Counted from the stretch's first letter, positions 10,305-20,890 are shown. The stretch: 64,000 bases of DNA from Candidatus Eremiobacteria bacterium (GCA_963758295.1 CAVWUU010000002.1:160001-224000), one strand, 5' to 3'. Program-made: numbers and translations. Notes: generated by a model not told the origin, from the sequence alone.

Positions 10305-11621
10305 GTGAGCACCAACGATCGCGCAACCGCTCTGACTAAGAAGTGGGCCGGCGATTCGCGCTGGCAAGGGATCACGCGCCGCTATACCGCGGACGAAGTC
10401 GTGAAATTGCAGGGCAGCATCGTGGTCGAACAAACGCTGGCTCGCCTGGGCGCCGAACGGCTGTGGGAGCAACTGCAACAGCCGGAAGCGACGGCTGCAC
10501 TCGGCACGATGACCGGCGGTCAAGCCGTGCAGGCCGCGAAGGCCGGCCTCAACGCCATCTACTGCAGCGGCTGGCAAGTCGCAGCTGACGCCAATCTCTC
10601 CGGAAACGTGTACCCGGATCAAAGCCTTTATCCGGTGAACAGCGTTCCGCAACTCGTGAAGCGCATCAACAGCGCCATGCAACGCTACGATCAAGTGGAA
10701 ACCGTCGAAGGCCGCGGCGGACCGCAAAATTATCTGCCGGTCGTCGCGGATGCAGAAGCGGGTTTCGGCGGACCGCTTAACGTTTTCGAACTAACGAAGG
10801 CGATGATCGAAGCCGGCGCCGCCGGAATCCATCTCGAGGATCAGCTCAGCTCCGAGAAAAAGTGCGGCCACCTCGGCGGAAAAGTGCTGATTCCGACGCA
10901 ACAAGCGGTTCGTCATCTCGTTTCGGCGCGTTTAGCCGCCGACGTGATGGACGTCCCGACGATCGTCATCGCTCGGACCGACGCCAACGCCGCGACGTTG
11001 ATAACAAGCGACGTCGATCCCATCGACCGCCAATTCGTCACCGGCGAACGCACCCCCGAAGGGTTCTTCCGCACGAAGGAAGGCATCGAGGCCTGCATTG
11101 CACGCGGCTTAGCGTATGCACCGTACGCGGATTTGCTGTGGGTGGAAACGTCGGAACCGAATATCGAGGAAGCGCGCCGGTTCGCCGAAGCGATTCATGC
11201 GAAGTTTCCCGGGAAGCTCCTCGCCTACAACTGCTCGCCGTCGTTCAACTGGAAAAAGAAACTCGACGATCGCGCCATCGCGAGTTTCCGCGACGAACTG
11301 AACGCGCTCGGTTATAAGTTCCAATTCATCACGCTGGCCGGCTTCCACGCGCTCAATTACAGCTTCTTCGAACTGGCCCGCGACTTTAAGTCACGCGGCA
11401 TGTCGGCCTACGCAGAATTCCAGCAAGACGAATTCGCGAGCGAGCAATTCGGCTATACGGCGACGCGCCATCAGCGCGAAGTGGGTACGGGCTACTTCGA
11501 CGAAGTTGCGCAGACGATCAGCGAGGGCCAATCGTCGACGACCGCACTGCACGGTTCGACCGAGGCCGAACAGTTCTATGAAACGGCAGCTACGAAAACC
11601 AAAGAGGTCGCCGCCGTCTAG
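10305..11621 (+). CDS. aceA: Isocitrate lyase
   Basis: [33 protein letters not shown] start at 10305 after GGAGG. Confidence 0.97.
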   Translation: MSTNDRATALTKKWAGDSRWQGITRRYTADEVVKLQGSIVVEQTLARLGAERLWEQLQQPEATAALGTMTGGQAVQAAKAGLNAIYCSGWQVAADANLSGNVYPDQSLYPVNSVPQLVKRINSAMQRYDQVETVEGRGGPQNYLPVVADAEAGFGGPLNVFELTKAMIEAGAAGIHLEDQLSSEKKCGHLGGKVLIPTQQAVRHLVSARLAADVMDVPTIVIARTDANAATLITSDVDPIDRQFVTGERTPEGFFRTKEGIEACIARGLAYAPYADLLWVETSEPNIEEARRFAEAIHAKFPGKLLAYNCSPSFNWKKKLDDRAIASFRDELNALGYKFQFITLAGFHALNYSFFELARDFKSRGMSAYAEFQQDEFASEQFGYTATRHQREVGTGYFDEVAQTISEGQSSTTALHGSTEAEQFYETAATKTKEVAAV

Positions 11622-11622
11622 C

Positions 11623-13128
11623 ATGAACTCCGCCCCTGCAGACTTCACTTTGAACCGCGATTTGCCGGCGGGGTTCGCCGAGTTCTACCTTCCGCTACAC
11701 GAACGTTTCACTCCATCTCAGCAACGCCTGGCACGCGCGCGAGTCGACCGGCTCGCGCGCGCCCATGCGGGAGAGTTGCCCAATTATCTTCCGCCGTCGG
11801 ACGCGACGACGACGGAGTGGCGCATCGATCTACCCGAGTGGACGCGCGACCAGCGCAATCAAATGACCGGTCCCGCCGATGATGCGGAACTCGTCGTGAA
11901 GATGCTGAATTCGGGCGCCCCCGGCGTCATGCTCGACCTCGAAGATTCCATGGCCAACGAGTGGCAGCACTCGATGACCGGGCAGGACAATATCATCCGC
12001 GCGCTTTACGGCGAACTCACGTACGATGACAAGAAGCGCGGCGGCACCGTGGGCATTAAGCCAAGCAACACGGCCATATGGAACCGCGTCCGGGGACTGC
12101 ATCTTTCACAAGCCGGCGTCGTAAGTGAAGGGCTTACCAGCGCATCGCTTTTCGACCTCGCGTTGCTGGTTTTCCGCCTCAACTACGACCGGTTGAAACA
12201 TCCGCTCGGCATTTACATTCCGAAGTCCGAGTCCGCCGAAGAAGCGCTTTGGTGGAACGAACTCTTCGATACGGTCATCGCGGCCAAAGGCTGGAAGCGG
12301 GGCTCCATCAAAGCCATGGCCCTCGTGGAATCCCATCCGCTCGCGTATGAAATGGAAGAGTTCCTTTTCAACCTCCGCGAGTACATCGTTGGCCTCAATC
12401 TCGGGCGCTGGGATTACATGGCGAGCCTCATCCACTACAACTTGAGCGACGAGAACTGGCTGCTTCCCGATCGGAATACCATTCCGCTCGACGTGCCGTT
12501 CTTTCAAAACCTTCGCACCCTGCTGCCGGAGATCGCGCATAAACACGGCGCGCTTGCCATTGGCGGAATGACGGCGCTCTATCCAAGCCGCGAAGATCCG
12601 GAGCTGAATGCGCGCGCGCTTGCCGTTCTGGAACGGGACAAGAAGAACGAAGCGACGTGCCTGATGGACGGAGCGTGGACCGGACATCCCGACCAGAACG
12701 AGATCGCCGTAGCGCAATTTCCCGCGCCGAACCAGCTCGACCGCCGTCCGGGATTGGGTACCACGCACCCCAATCTTCGTCCGTCGCCGAAAGGCGTGGG
12801 AACGACGTCGATGGAGGGCACGCGCGCCGCAGTTCGCACGGTCATCCGCTATCGCAACGGCGTGCTCGAGGGCAAAGGCGCGAGTCTGCTCGACGGCTAC
12901 ATGGAAGATCTTGCAACGGATCGCATCTACCGCCTCATGATCGCGCAGCGTTTGCGCTATCCCGGCGACTATACGCCGTCGTCGCTCTCGGAAATCTTCG
13001 ACGAAGAGCTCGAGCGAATCGTCAACGAGCTGCCTCCCGGAACGGATCCGGCGGCGGCCGACCGGTACCGCCGAGCCCGCGATCTCTCCGAGGACATGAT
13101 CCTCACGGGTGCCTTCGACCCGAAGTAA
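11623..13128 (+). CDS. aceB: Malate synthase (short, divergent MSA-like)
   Basis: DLEDS, YIPK, LNLGRWDY, GGM, DGAWTGHP, MEDLAT; starts 1 bp after aceA. Confidence 0.85.
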   Translation: MNSAPADFTLNRDLPAGFAEFYLPLHERFTPSQQRLARARVDRLARAHAGELPNYLPPSDATTTEWRIDLPEWTRDQRNQMTGPADDAELVVKMLNSGAPGVMLDLEDSMANEWQHSMTGQDNIIRALYGELTYDDKKRGGTVGIKPSNTAIWNRVRGLHLSQAGVVSEGLTSASLFDLALLVFRLNYDRLKHPLGIYIPKSESAEEALWWNELFDTVIAAKGWKRGSIKAMALVESHPLAYEMEEFLFNLREYIVGLNLGRWDYMASLIHYNLSDENWLLPDRNTIPLDVPFFQNLRTLLPEIAHKHGALAIGGMTALYPSREDPELNARALAVLERDKKNEATCLMDGAWTGHPDQNEIAVAQFPAPNQLDRRPGLGTTHPNLRPSPKGVGTTSMEGTRAAVRTVIRYRNGVLEGKGASLLDGYMEDLATDRIYRLMIAQRLRYPGDYTPSSLSEIFDEELERIVNELPPGTDPAAADRYRRARDLSEDMILTGAFDPK

Positions 13129-13133
13129 ACACA

Positions 13134-13168
13134 CGGGCCGCTTATCCGCGGCCCGGTCCCGCTCGTCC
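13134..13168 (+). promoter_or_regulatory. LytTR-type direct repeats overlapping a GC hairpin
   Basis: CCGCTTATCC (13138) and CCGCTCGTCC (13159), 21-bp period; hairpin CGGGCCGC/GCGGCCCG at 13134-13155. Confidence 0.55.
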
Positions 13169-13214
13169 CCGCACCGTTGACGGTTGCATCCTTTCCGCGT
13201 TATGACGAGAGCAG

Positions 13215-14300
13215 ATGAAGCATCTCTCGCGGTCGCAACGCAATTGGTTTGTCGCTCTCTTCTCCGGCTATTCCGCGGTCGGCATTTTGCTGTTTATTTC
13301 CGGCTACTTCGACGACCGGTCACGTGGAATATGGGGGACCGCTCCGCGCCGCGCCACGGAAGAGATGGCCGGCGCGTATACGGCACTCGCGTTTCTTCCT
13401 TTCGTCATCTGGTTCGCGCGCCGGTATCGCATTCGCTTAAGCAATTGGCGGAAGACCGTTCCGCTGACCGTGTTTGCCGGGATTGTTTACTCCATTGCCC
13501 ATACGACGCTGAACGCGCTCGTTCGCGACTTCGTCTCGATCGTTACGTTTCAGGGCGTTTATGACTACGGCTCGATGATCTATCGCTACCCAATGGAAGC
13601 CGCGAAGGACGTCATCTACTTCTTCATCTTCATAGGCTGCGTGACGTTCATCGATACGCTATCGCAGAAGCGCAAGGCCGAGCTGGACACCGCCGAACTG
13701 CAAACGAAGCTGGCAGAGGCGAAACTACAAAACCTGCGTCTGCAACTGCACCCGCACTTTTTGTTCAATACGCTCAATGCCATTTCGTCCGTCATGTACG
13801 AAGACGTGCAAAAGGCAGATGAAATGCTTTCGAAACTGAGCGATTTCTTACGCGTTGTGCTAGCGTCGAGCGGCGTGCATGAGGTTCCCCTTGAAGAAGA
13901 ACTTTCCGTCGAGCGCATGTACGTGGATATCATGACGACGCGGCTCGAGCGACGGCTTTCGCTCAACATCCACGTCGCTGAAGAAGCCCGGGCGGCAACG
14001 GTTCCATTCATGTTGCTCCAGCCGCTTCTAGAAAACAGCATCCGGCACGGAATGGGCGCCGAACGCGACGCCATCGATCTCGGCGTCGACGTGCGGCGCG
14101 AGAACGGCTCGACTCTTATCTGCGTCAGCGACGACGGAGTCGGCTTCGATCCGAAAGCCGGCGCGGGCATCGGCCTGAGCAACGTCGCATCCCGCCTCGA
14201 GCATATGTACGGCCCAAGCGCTTCGTTCAAGATCGAATCACGCGCCGAAGGCGGGACGCTTGCAACGGTACGTCTTCCGTTTATGAAGGGTGAAGCATGA
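13215..14300 (+). CDS. LytS/YehU-family membrane sensor histidine kinase
   Basis: N-terminal TM helices; QLHPHFLFNTLN, LQPLLENSIRHG, DDGVG, GIGLSN. Confidence 0.92.
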   Translation: MKHLSRSQRNWFVALFSGYSAVGILLFISGYFDDRSRGIWGTAPRRATEEMAGAYTALAFLPFVIWFARRYRIRLSNWRKTVPLTVFAGIVYSIAHTTLNALVRDFVSIVTFQGVYDYGSMIYRYPMEAAKDVIYFFIFIGCVTFIDTLSQKRKAELDTAELQTKLAEAKLQNLRLQLHPHFLFNTLNAISSVMYEDVQKADEMLSKLSDFLRVVLASSGVHEVPLEEELSVERMYVDIMTTRLERRLSLNIHVAEEARAATVPFMLLQPLLENSIRHGMGAERDAIDLGVDVRRENGSTLICVSDDGVGFDPKAGAGIGLSNVASRLEHMYGPSASFKIESRAEGGTLATVRLPFMKGEA

Positions 14301-15049
14301 GTTTAGCGGTGATGATCGCCGACGATGAAGCGCCGGCCCGGCGCAAACTCGCGCGATTTCTCAACGAGCACGAGGACGTGCAAATCGTCGCCGAGGCTTC
14401 CAACGGCATCGATGCGCTCGATTTGATCTCCATGACGAAGCCGCAACTGGTTTTCCTCGACATCAACATGCCGGATCTGGACGGCCTCGGCGTCGCTGAA
14501 ACGCTAGTGCGATCCGAAAAACCGCCCTCGATCGTCTTTGTAACGGCGTTCGATCAATATGCGGTCCAAGCGTTTGAAGTGAGCGCGCTCGATTATCTGC
14601 TAAAGCCGTACGATCGCGACCGTTTCGAACAGGCGCTGCAGCGCGCTCGACGGTCCATCCCGTTCGCTCCCGACTCCGGCAAGCTCGCCGACACGCTCGC
14701 GCAAATTCGCAACGAAGAACGGTTCGTCAGGCGTTTGCTCGTGCCGAATGACGGCCGCTCGTTCTTCTTGGCGACGCGCGAGATAACGCGGTTCGAGTCC
14801 GAAGGGAACAACGTTTCCGTAAACTCGCCGCGCGGTACGTTTTCTTTGCGCGCGACGCTCGATTCACTTGAAGCGCGGCTCGATCCGCAGATCTTCGCCC
14901 GCGTTCACCGCTCGCATCTCGTAAACATCGACGAGATCGCGGAAATTCATCCATGGTTTCACGGCGACTACAAAATCCTCATGCGGGATGGCACAGAGAT
15001 TGGCTGGAGCCGCCGGTACGCATCAAAACGCCCCGATCTACTGAAATAG
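14297..15049 (+). CDS. LytTR-family response regulator
   Basis: DDE, FLDINMP, FVTAFD, YLLKP receiver; FARVHRSHLVN LytTR domain. Confidence 0.94.
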   Translation: MSLAVMIADDEAPARRKLARFLNEHEDVQIVAEASNGIDALDLISMTKPQLVFLDINMPDLDGLGVAETLVRSEKPPSIVFVTAFDQYAVQAFEVSALDYLLKPYDRDRFEQALQRARRSIPFAPDSGKLADTLAQIRNEERFVRRLLVPNDGRSFFLATREITRFESEGNNVSVNSPRGTFSLRATLDSLEARLDPQIFARVHRSHLVNIDEIAEIHPWFHGDYKILMRDGTEIGWSRRYASKRPDLLK

Positions 15050-15053
15050 GACT

Positions 15054-16553
15054 ATGAAAAAAATTCCGCTGTTTGCCGCGCTGGCCGTCTTTTTCATTCA
15101 CCTCATCGGCAATCCAGGCTACGGCTTTTTCCGCGATGAGCTGTACTTCATCATCTGTGGATTTACGCCGCAGTTCGGCTACGTCGATCAACCGCCGGTC
15201 GTGCCGCTGCTATCCGCGGTAACGCAGCTCTTCGGCCACTCGCTGCTATTGCTCCGCGCCGTGCCGGCCGCGTTTGCCGGAGGCGGCGTGTACGTCACGT
15301 GCCTGCTCGTCGCTGAGTTCGGCGGCGGTGCGTTCGCGCAAGTTTTTGCCGCGCTGATCTTTTTCTTCACGGGCGTACTCATGAGTTTCGGCATGAAAGT
15401 CGGCCCGGACGAAGTGGGACTGCTCACATGGCCTTGGATGGCGCTGCTCGTAATCCGCATTATCAAGAGCGGCAATTCCAGATTGTGGCTTGGTGTCGGG
15501 ATTCTCGCCGGCATTTCGCTCGAGAGCAAATACAGCGTGTTATTTTTTCTCGCAGCCATGCTCGCAGGGTTGCTGCTCGTGCCCCAGCGGCGCGCGCTGA
15601 TGGATAAATGGTTCGGCGCCGGATGCGGCATCGCCGTGCTTATCGCGCTCCCGAATTTCTTATGGCAAGCACATTACGGCTTTCCCATGCTCGAGCTGTT
15701 GCGCGCGGGGCAAAACGGCAAAAACGTGATCGTCGGACCGCTCGAATATATGGCGCAAGAAGTGCTTATTACGGGATTGTTTCTCGCCGTCGTCTGGATC
15801 GTTGGTCTTCTCTGGCTTTTGCGGAAAGCCGATTTCCGGTATCTCGGCTACGCCTACGTGCTCCTGATCGGCGAGATGATGCTCTTTCACGGCAAGCATT
15901 ACTATCCGGCCGACGTATATCCGATCCTCATTGCCGCGGGCGCCGTTCCCATCGAAGCATGGACGAAAATGCGGCTCGCTCTGCGTACCGCCGTCACGGC
16001 CGTCGCCGCGATCGTGGGCCTAGCGTTTTTGCCGGTGTCCATGCCGGTGCTCTCCGAAGTGCAATTCGTTTCGTATTACGACGCCCTTAGCAGCGCGTTG
16101 CACATTCCGAAGAATGCTGCCGAGACCGAACACGGCCGCGAAGGCAGCGCGCTTCCCGGTGACTGGGCCGACATGCACGGATGGCCCGAGATGGCGGCCG
16201 CAACGAAGCGCGTCTTCAACTCACTCCCACCGGAAGAGCGCCGCAATGCGGTCGTTTTTGCGGGCAACTACGGAGAAGCGAGCGCCGTTCGATTCTTTGC
16301 GCCGGGCATTCCGGTCATCAGTTCCCATAATCAATACTGGCTTTGGGGTGCCCACGGCTATTCGGGATCGGTCGTCGTGCAGATCAACGGTTCGTGCTTC
16401 CACAGTGACAAGCTTTTTGCAAGCCGCACGCGCGCCACGACGCTCGTGAACCGCTGGGCGATCGGATATGAAACCAACATTCCGATTTGGATCTGCCGCG
16501 GAATAAAAAGATCGCTGGCCGATGAATGGCCGGCGATCAAAAACTACGAGTGA
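15054..16553 (+). CDS. GT-C membrane glycosyltransferase (GT39/ArnT-like)
   Basis: RDELYF, GYVDQPP, many TM helices, SKY, GKHYY. Confidence 0.82.
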   Translation: MKKIPLFAALAVFFIHLIGNPGYGFFRDELYFIICGFTPQFGYVDQPPVVPLLSAVTQLFGHSLLLLRAVPAAFAGGGVYVTCLLVAEFGGGAFAQVFAALIFFFTGVLMSFGMKVGPDEVGLLTWPWMALLVIRIIKSGNSRLWLGVGILAGISLESKYSVLFFLAAMLAGLLLVPQRRALMDKWFGAGCGIAVLIALPNFLWQAHYGFPMLELLRAGQNGKNVIVGPLEYMAQEVLITGLFLAVVWIVGLLWLLRKADFRYLGYAYVLLIGEMMLFHGKHYYPADVYPILIAAGAVPIEAWTKMRLALRTAVTAVAAIVGLAFLPVSMPVLSEVQFVSYYDALSSALHIPKNAAETEHGREGSALPGDWADMHGWPEMAAATKRVFNSLPPEERRNAVVFAGNYGEASAVRFFAPGIPVISSHNQYWLWGAHGYSGSVVVQINGSCFHSDKLFASRTRATTLVNRWAIGYETNIPIWICRGIKRSLADEWPAIKNYE

Positions 16554-16565
16554 ACCGGCAAAGCG

Positions 16566-17435
16566 TTATTTGGCCTTCATCTGTGACACGGGAATGAAGC
16601 CGAGGGCGCTCAGCGCGCTGTTGTCGGTCTTCACGAAGGTGATAAAGTCGTTGACCGATTTCGACGGCGAACCGTTCGTGAACATGTGTTCGTACGACCA
16701 GAACTTGTATTTGCCGTCCTTCACGTTGCCGGCCGTCGGATCGACGCCGTCAATCGAGACCGCGACAACGTTTCCACCCTTGACGTAGCTGTTCGCAAGA
16801 TAGGAGATCGCCCCGGGCGTTTGGCCGATGATCGAAGCGACCGTGCCGGACGAATCTTGCGTGCCGCCGCCTTCGGTTGGTTGTTCACCGCTCATGAGTT
16901 TCTCGACGAAGATAGCACGAGTGCCCGAGCTGCGCGGACGGTTGATGATTGTGATAGCCTGATCTGCACCGCCTACCTGATTGAAATTCGTCACTTTGCC
17001 GCTAAAGATGTCGTGGATTTGCGAAGATGTGAGCTTCTTCACTTTCGCAGCCGGGTTGGTCACGACGTCAAATTGCACGACAGCGACTTGATGGTCTTGC
17101 AAGGTCGGTTGGTCGGGTGCGAGGATGTCGGAGTCGCCGATATCGACGCCCTTTTGCGCAGCCTGTGTGATGCCAACGCGCGATCCGCCGCCCGAAACGC
17201 TGATCTTGACATCGGAGTTTTTTGCCTGATAGTCGGCGGCGGCTTGTTTGACGAGCGGCAACAACGCCGTCGAGCCTGCTGCGGTAATCGAGCCTGCACT
17301 GCCGCCTGCGGTCGCCGCACTCTCCGCCGTCGTCGATGAAGACGACGACGAGCTATTGTTGGAGCCGTTGCTGCATGCAGCGAGCGATACGCCTAGACCG
17401 GCGCAGACCAACAATGCCGCTAATTGCTGTTTCAT
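16566..17435 (-). CDS. pstS: Phosphate ABC transporter substrate-binding lipoprotein
   Basis: LAAC lipobox; AGSTALLP, GGGS..G, DIGDSD, SSGTR, WSYEHM. Confidence 0.9.
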   Translation of the reverse strand: MKQQLAALLVCAGLGVSLAACSNGSNNSSSSSSSTTAESAATAGGSAGSITAAGSTALLPLVKQAAADYQAKNSDVKISVSGGGSRVGITQAAQKGVDIGDSDILAPDQPTLQDHQVAVVQFDVVTNPAAKVKKLTSSQIHDIFSGKVTNFNQVGGADQAITIINRPRSSGTRAIFVEKLMSGEQPTEGGGTQDSSGTVASIIGQTPGAISYLANSYVKGGNVVAVSIDGVDPTAGNVKDGKYKFWSYEHMFTNGSPSKSVNDFITFVKTDNSALSALGFIPVSQMKAK

Positions 17436-17486
17436 TTAATCTCCTAGTCAGCGTAAATCAAGCAAGCTTTTTATACCAGCTCAGCA

Positions 17487-18380
17487 TTATGACAACGTTA
17501 AGCCGAGTGCTTCCAGCAGGCGGCGATAGACCACGTCCGTGCGCGCCTGGGCATTATCGGGATCGATCACATCGTGATTCGCCGGCAGATTTCGCTGTTC
17601 GACGTACCCGATTCCGTCTTGCCGGTGTGCGCGCCAAGCGTCGACGACGCTTAACGTCACTTCGTTGTTCACTGCGGGATCGGCACGATTCACAACCGTC
17701 GTTATCCTCGCAGCGAGCGGCGCTTCGCTCTTCGATGCCTTCCAAACGGCGTCGCCGATGCGCAAGGTTTGCATGAGTGCGTGCGTTGCAAATCGCGGGT
17801 ACGCGGTTTTCGGCCGCTGCGCCTCACGGATGCGCGGGTCCCACCACAAGAAAAAATTAGGCATGATCGAGATGATGCGCCCCAGCGTCTGCGTCAAACC
17901 GTAGGAAAGCTGCAGGAGCGCGAAATCCGGTGCAACCGGAACCGCGCTTGCGACGTCGGCGCGAAATTGCCCGAAATACGCGGCAAGCAAACCGCCCGCG
18001 GAAATGCCCAACACGGCAACGCGATCGCCCAAGCCGCACGCGACGTCGAGCGCTTCGTTTGTCGTCGCTAGGAGTTCTTCGGCCGTCAGCGAGGCGATCG
18101 CGTTGGTCATGCGATCGGCGTACCCGTGCTTCGGCATGCGCGGGACGAAGACGTTTGCGCCGGCTTGCAAAACTTGCGGTGCAAACTTTACGTACTGGCC
18201 CGGATGATTGGTCAAACCGTGAAGAAGCACCACGGCCCACGGGCGGCGTTCGCCGTGATCGAGCAACGTGGTGCGGGCGTTCGTGCCGATGGACGCATCG
18301 TCTAGATCCATCATCGCTCGGGCGCGTGTCAACGCGGCGGCGTATGAATCGGCCGGATGGCTAGGGGGCCGTTCTAGCAT
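17487..18380 (-). CDS. Alpha/beta hydrolase (carboxylesterase-like)
   Basis: HGLT, GISAG nucleophile elbow, D and HD; start re-set to ATG 18380 by comparison with the paralog at 20036. Confidence 0.8.
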   Translation of the reverse strand: MLERPPSHPADSYAAALTRARAMMDLDDASIGTNARTTLLDHGERRPWAVVLLHGLTNHPGQYVKFAPQVLQAGANVFVPRMPKHGYADRMTNAIASLTAEELLATTNEALDVACGLGDRVAVLGISAGGLLAAYFGQFRADVASAVPVAPDFALLQLSYGLTQTLGRIISIMPNFFLWWDPRIREAQRPKTAYPRFATHALMQTLRIGDAVWKASKSEAPLAARITTVVNRADPAVNNEVTLSVVDAWRAHRQDGIGYVEQRNLPANHDVIDPDNAQARTDVVYRRLLEALGLTLS

Positions 18381-18409
18381 GCAGCGGCCATTCGACGGCC
18401 CCCGGGCGA

Positions 18410-18724
18410 TTACTCGCGATGCATCGATTCGATAAAGTAGGGAAACGAAGCGACCGCTGCTGCAATGACGATAACGATCGCTTCGGCGGCAAGCGCCGCA
18501 TGTTCGCTGCGCTCGCGCTGGAGCTCCCGTACTTCCGCCGCCTCGAACCGCTCGTAATAGATGCTTCGTAACGCAGTCGCGGGATTCGAAGGCGCCGCCG
18601 GCACGGTAAGCGATGGTTCGCGCGGCAATGCTGCGGCATACAGCCACAGGGTGATAACGACCGATGCAACGAGCAGGCCGGCCACGATGACCGGCAGACG
18701 CCAGGGTGTCGGTTGTGCTCTCAT
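18410..18724 (-). CDS. Small hypothetical membrane protein (2 TM)
   Basis: MRAQPTPWRLPVIVAGLLV...; two hydrophobic helices. Confidence 0.55.
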   Translation of the reverse strand: MRAQPTPWRLPVIVAGLLVASVVITLWLYAAALPREPSLTVPAAPSNPATALRSIYYERFEAAEVRELQRERSEHAALAAEAIVIVIAAAVASFPYFIESMHRE

Positions 18725-18857
18725 TTTACGGCCGACGCCCTGGCGGGATCCGCAAGCGCAATGTGCGCGAGCGTCGCAGCCGGATTGCGATGGGTGAAGA
18801 ACAATTAAAATCCTGCGGCAAAGATGCGATGAAGGCGGCGCGAAAATGCGCGGAGTT

Positions 18858-19351
18858 CTAAACCGCAGGCAGCGGCGGCGCTCTCCCTTGTAGCCGTTCG
18901 ATGAGCGGGTCCAGAAATTGCGCCATGGTGACCGGCTCGTGATGTACATGGATAGCCGGAGCAAGATCGCGGCGCAAGACCAGAACGGCGAGTATGTAGC
19001 GCACCGCGTCGGCGAGGCGCTTTGCCAAGTGGTGCAAGCCGCGTGAAAGCAGCGCCGAAACGGCGATACATCCCATTCCGTGCAGGCATAGACTGAGCAA
19101 CGCCGGGCCACCCAGCCAAATGGTGCCGCCGTCTATATCCCTGCACAATGAACTGCTCCAGCGTTTCCATCGAATACAACGCGCAAAGCTGGAGAGCAAA
19201 AACCAGCGGCAACAGTCGCCGCACGGAAAGCGCGTCCAGATGCACGGCGGACGCGCGCAGGAAACGTGAGAGTTTTCCCTCGCCCTGCAAGGCTTTAACG
19301 ACTGCAAGCGCCGCCACGAATCCGAGAGCGAGCGGTCGAGGAAAATTCCAT
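18858..19351 (-). pseudogene. Membrane protein ending in RAPP, broken by two apparent frameshifts
   Basis: Hydrophobic segments join across frames: MEFSST / LALGFVAALAVV...METLEQFIVQG / IDGGTIWLGGP...QGRAPPLPAV*. Confidence 0.55.
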
Positions 19352-19427
19352 TACTAGCGTGGTTCCCCGGAAGGCGAACGCGTTCCGCCGCAGGGAGGCA
19401 CCCGAAGCGCCCTAAAGGCGTGCATCC

Positions 19428-20030
19428 ATGCAGAAAAAGCCGCAGGCGCCCGATCCCGATCGCTTGGTTCGCTGCTCCTGGGCACGCAACGAGCTCAATA
19501 TTCCGTACCACGATGCGGAGTGGGGAGTTCCGGTTCACGACGACCGTACGTATTTCGAATTCGTCACGCTCGAAGGAGCGCAAGCGGGCTTGAGCTGGGA
19601 CACCATCCTGCGCAAGCGCGACCGGTATCGCGAACTCTTTTTCGAGTTCGATCCCGCACGTGTGGCTCGGATGACGGCCGCCGCCGTAGAACGCGCGCTC
19701 AAGGATCCCGGCATCGTTCGCAATCGAGCCAAAGTGGAGTCGACGGTTTCCAACGCGCGATCCTTTTTGGAGATTCAAAAAGAATTCGGTTCTTTCGATC
19801 GTTACGTGTGGCGCTTCGTCGGCGGAAAACCGCTGGTTCATGCGCGCAAGACGCTCGAGGACGTTCCGGCCGATTCAACCGAAGCCAAGGCGCTGAGTAA
19901 CGATTTGCGCGCCCGCGGATTCCGCTTCGTCGGTCCCACAATCATGTATGCGTTCATGCAAGCGACGGGCTTGGTGAACGACCACCTCACGTCGTGTTTC
20001 CGCTACAAGCAGCTGCTTAAAACGAAATAG
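19428..20030 (+). CDS. tag: DNA-3-methyladenine glycosylase I
   Basis: RCSW, YHDAEWG, LEGAQAGLSW, FVGPT, VNDHLTSC. Confidence 0.96.
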   Translation: MQKKPQAPDPDRLVRCSWARNELNIPYHDAEWGVPVHDDRTYFEFVTLEGAQAGLSWDTILRKRDRYRELFFEFDPARVARMTAAAVERALKDPGIVRNRAKVESTVSNARSFLEIQKEFGSFDRYVWRFVGGKPLVHARKTLEDVPADSTEAKALSNDLRARGFRFVGPTIMYAFMQATGLVNDHLTSCFRYKQLLKTK

Positions 20031-20035
20031 ACCGA

Positions 20036-20890
20036 TCAGCCTTCGATAATATCGAGAAGCTGCGGATAGACGCGATCGGCGACGTGCGGGTAGCGTAGCG
20101 GCTCGATGATGTCGTGCAGAAACGGCACTTCGCGGAGCACCACTTCTTCCACGCGCTGCGGCGATGCTTCGCGCAATGAGGAGGCGAGGCGCCGTACCGC
20201 GCCGTTGTTCACGGCCGATTCACGCGCGTTGGTCACAAAAACGAGTTTTTCGGCCGCAATGGGACTCGGCGAGGCATCGATGACTTCGCGAGCGAGCCGG
20301 TATGCGTGCGCAACCGCATGGGTTGCGTAACGCGGATAGCCGTGTTCGGGCATTTGACGTTCGCGCGCGATCGGATTCCACCAGTGGAACATATTCGGAA
20401 TGCGCAACATCACATCGGTGAGCGGAACCATAAAGCGGTTCGGCATCCACGAAACTCCGAAAAACGGCGCAATCGCTACGGCCCGATGCAGCGGCTCGCG
20501 CTGGGCGAGCCACGTGGTAATGAGTCCCCCAAGCGAAAAGCCTGCGACGACCACTTCGTCGCCAAGGTCGCGCGCCACGTCGATCGTTTGCAACGCCGAG
20601 TGACGCAGATCGTCGGCCGTAAGGTGGGCAAGCGCTTCGGAAAGCCGGTCGCGGTGGCCGTGACGCGGAAGGCGCGGCACGATGACGTTGTGGCCGCGGT
20701 CATGCAGATCGTGCGCGAACCGCACGAATTGCGTGGGACTCGCCGTCAGGCCGTGGAGAAGTACGATCGCCTTCGGCCGGCGCTCCCGATGCAGCAGAAG
20801 CTTCGTGCGCCCCGCCTCGGAGATGCGTTCATGGTCCCGCTCGAGCAGGCGCTCGAGCGCTGCGTAGGTGTCCGGCGTAAGGTCTGGCAT
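20036..20890 (-). CDS. Alpha/beta hydrolase, paralog of 17487-18380
   Basis: HGLT, GFSLG, shared FxWWxP, YPR and AVNN motifs. Confidence 0.82.
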   Translation of the reverse strand: MPDLTPDTYAALERLLERDHERISEAGRTKLLLHRERRPKAIVLLHGLTASPTQFVRFAHDLHDRGHNVIVPRLPRHGHRDRLSEALAHLTADDLRHSALQTIDVARDLGDEVVVAGFSLGGLITTWLAQREPLHRAVAIAPFFGVSWMPNRFMVPLTDVMLRIPNMFHWWNPIARERQMPEHGYPRYATHAVAHAYRLAREVIDASPSPIAAEKLVFVTNARESAVNNGAVRRLASSLREASPQRVEEVVLREVPFLHDIIEPLRYPHVADRVYPQLLDIIEG

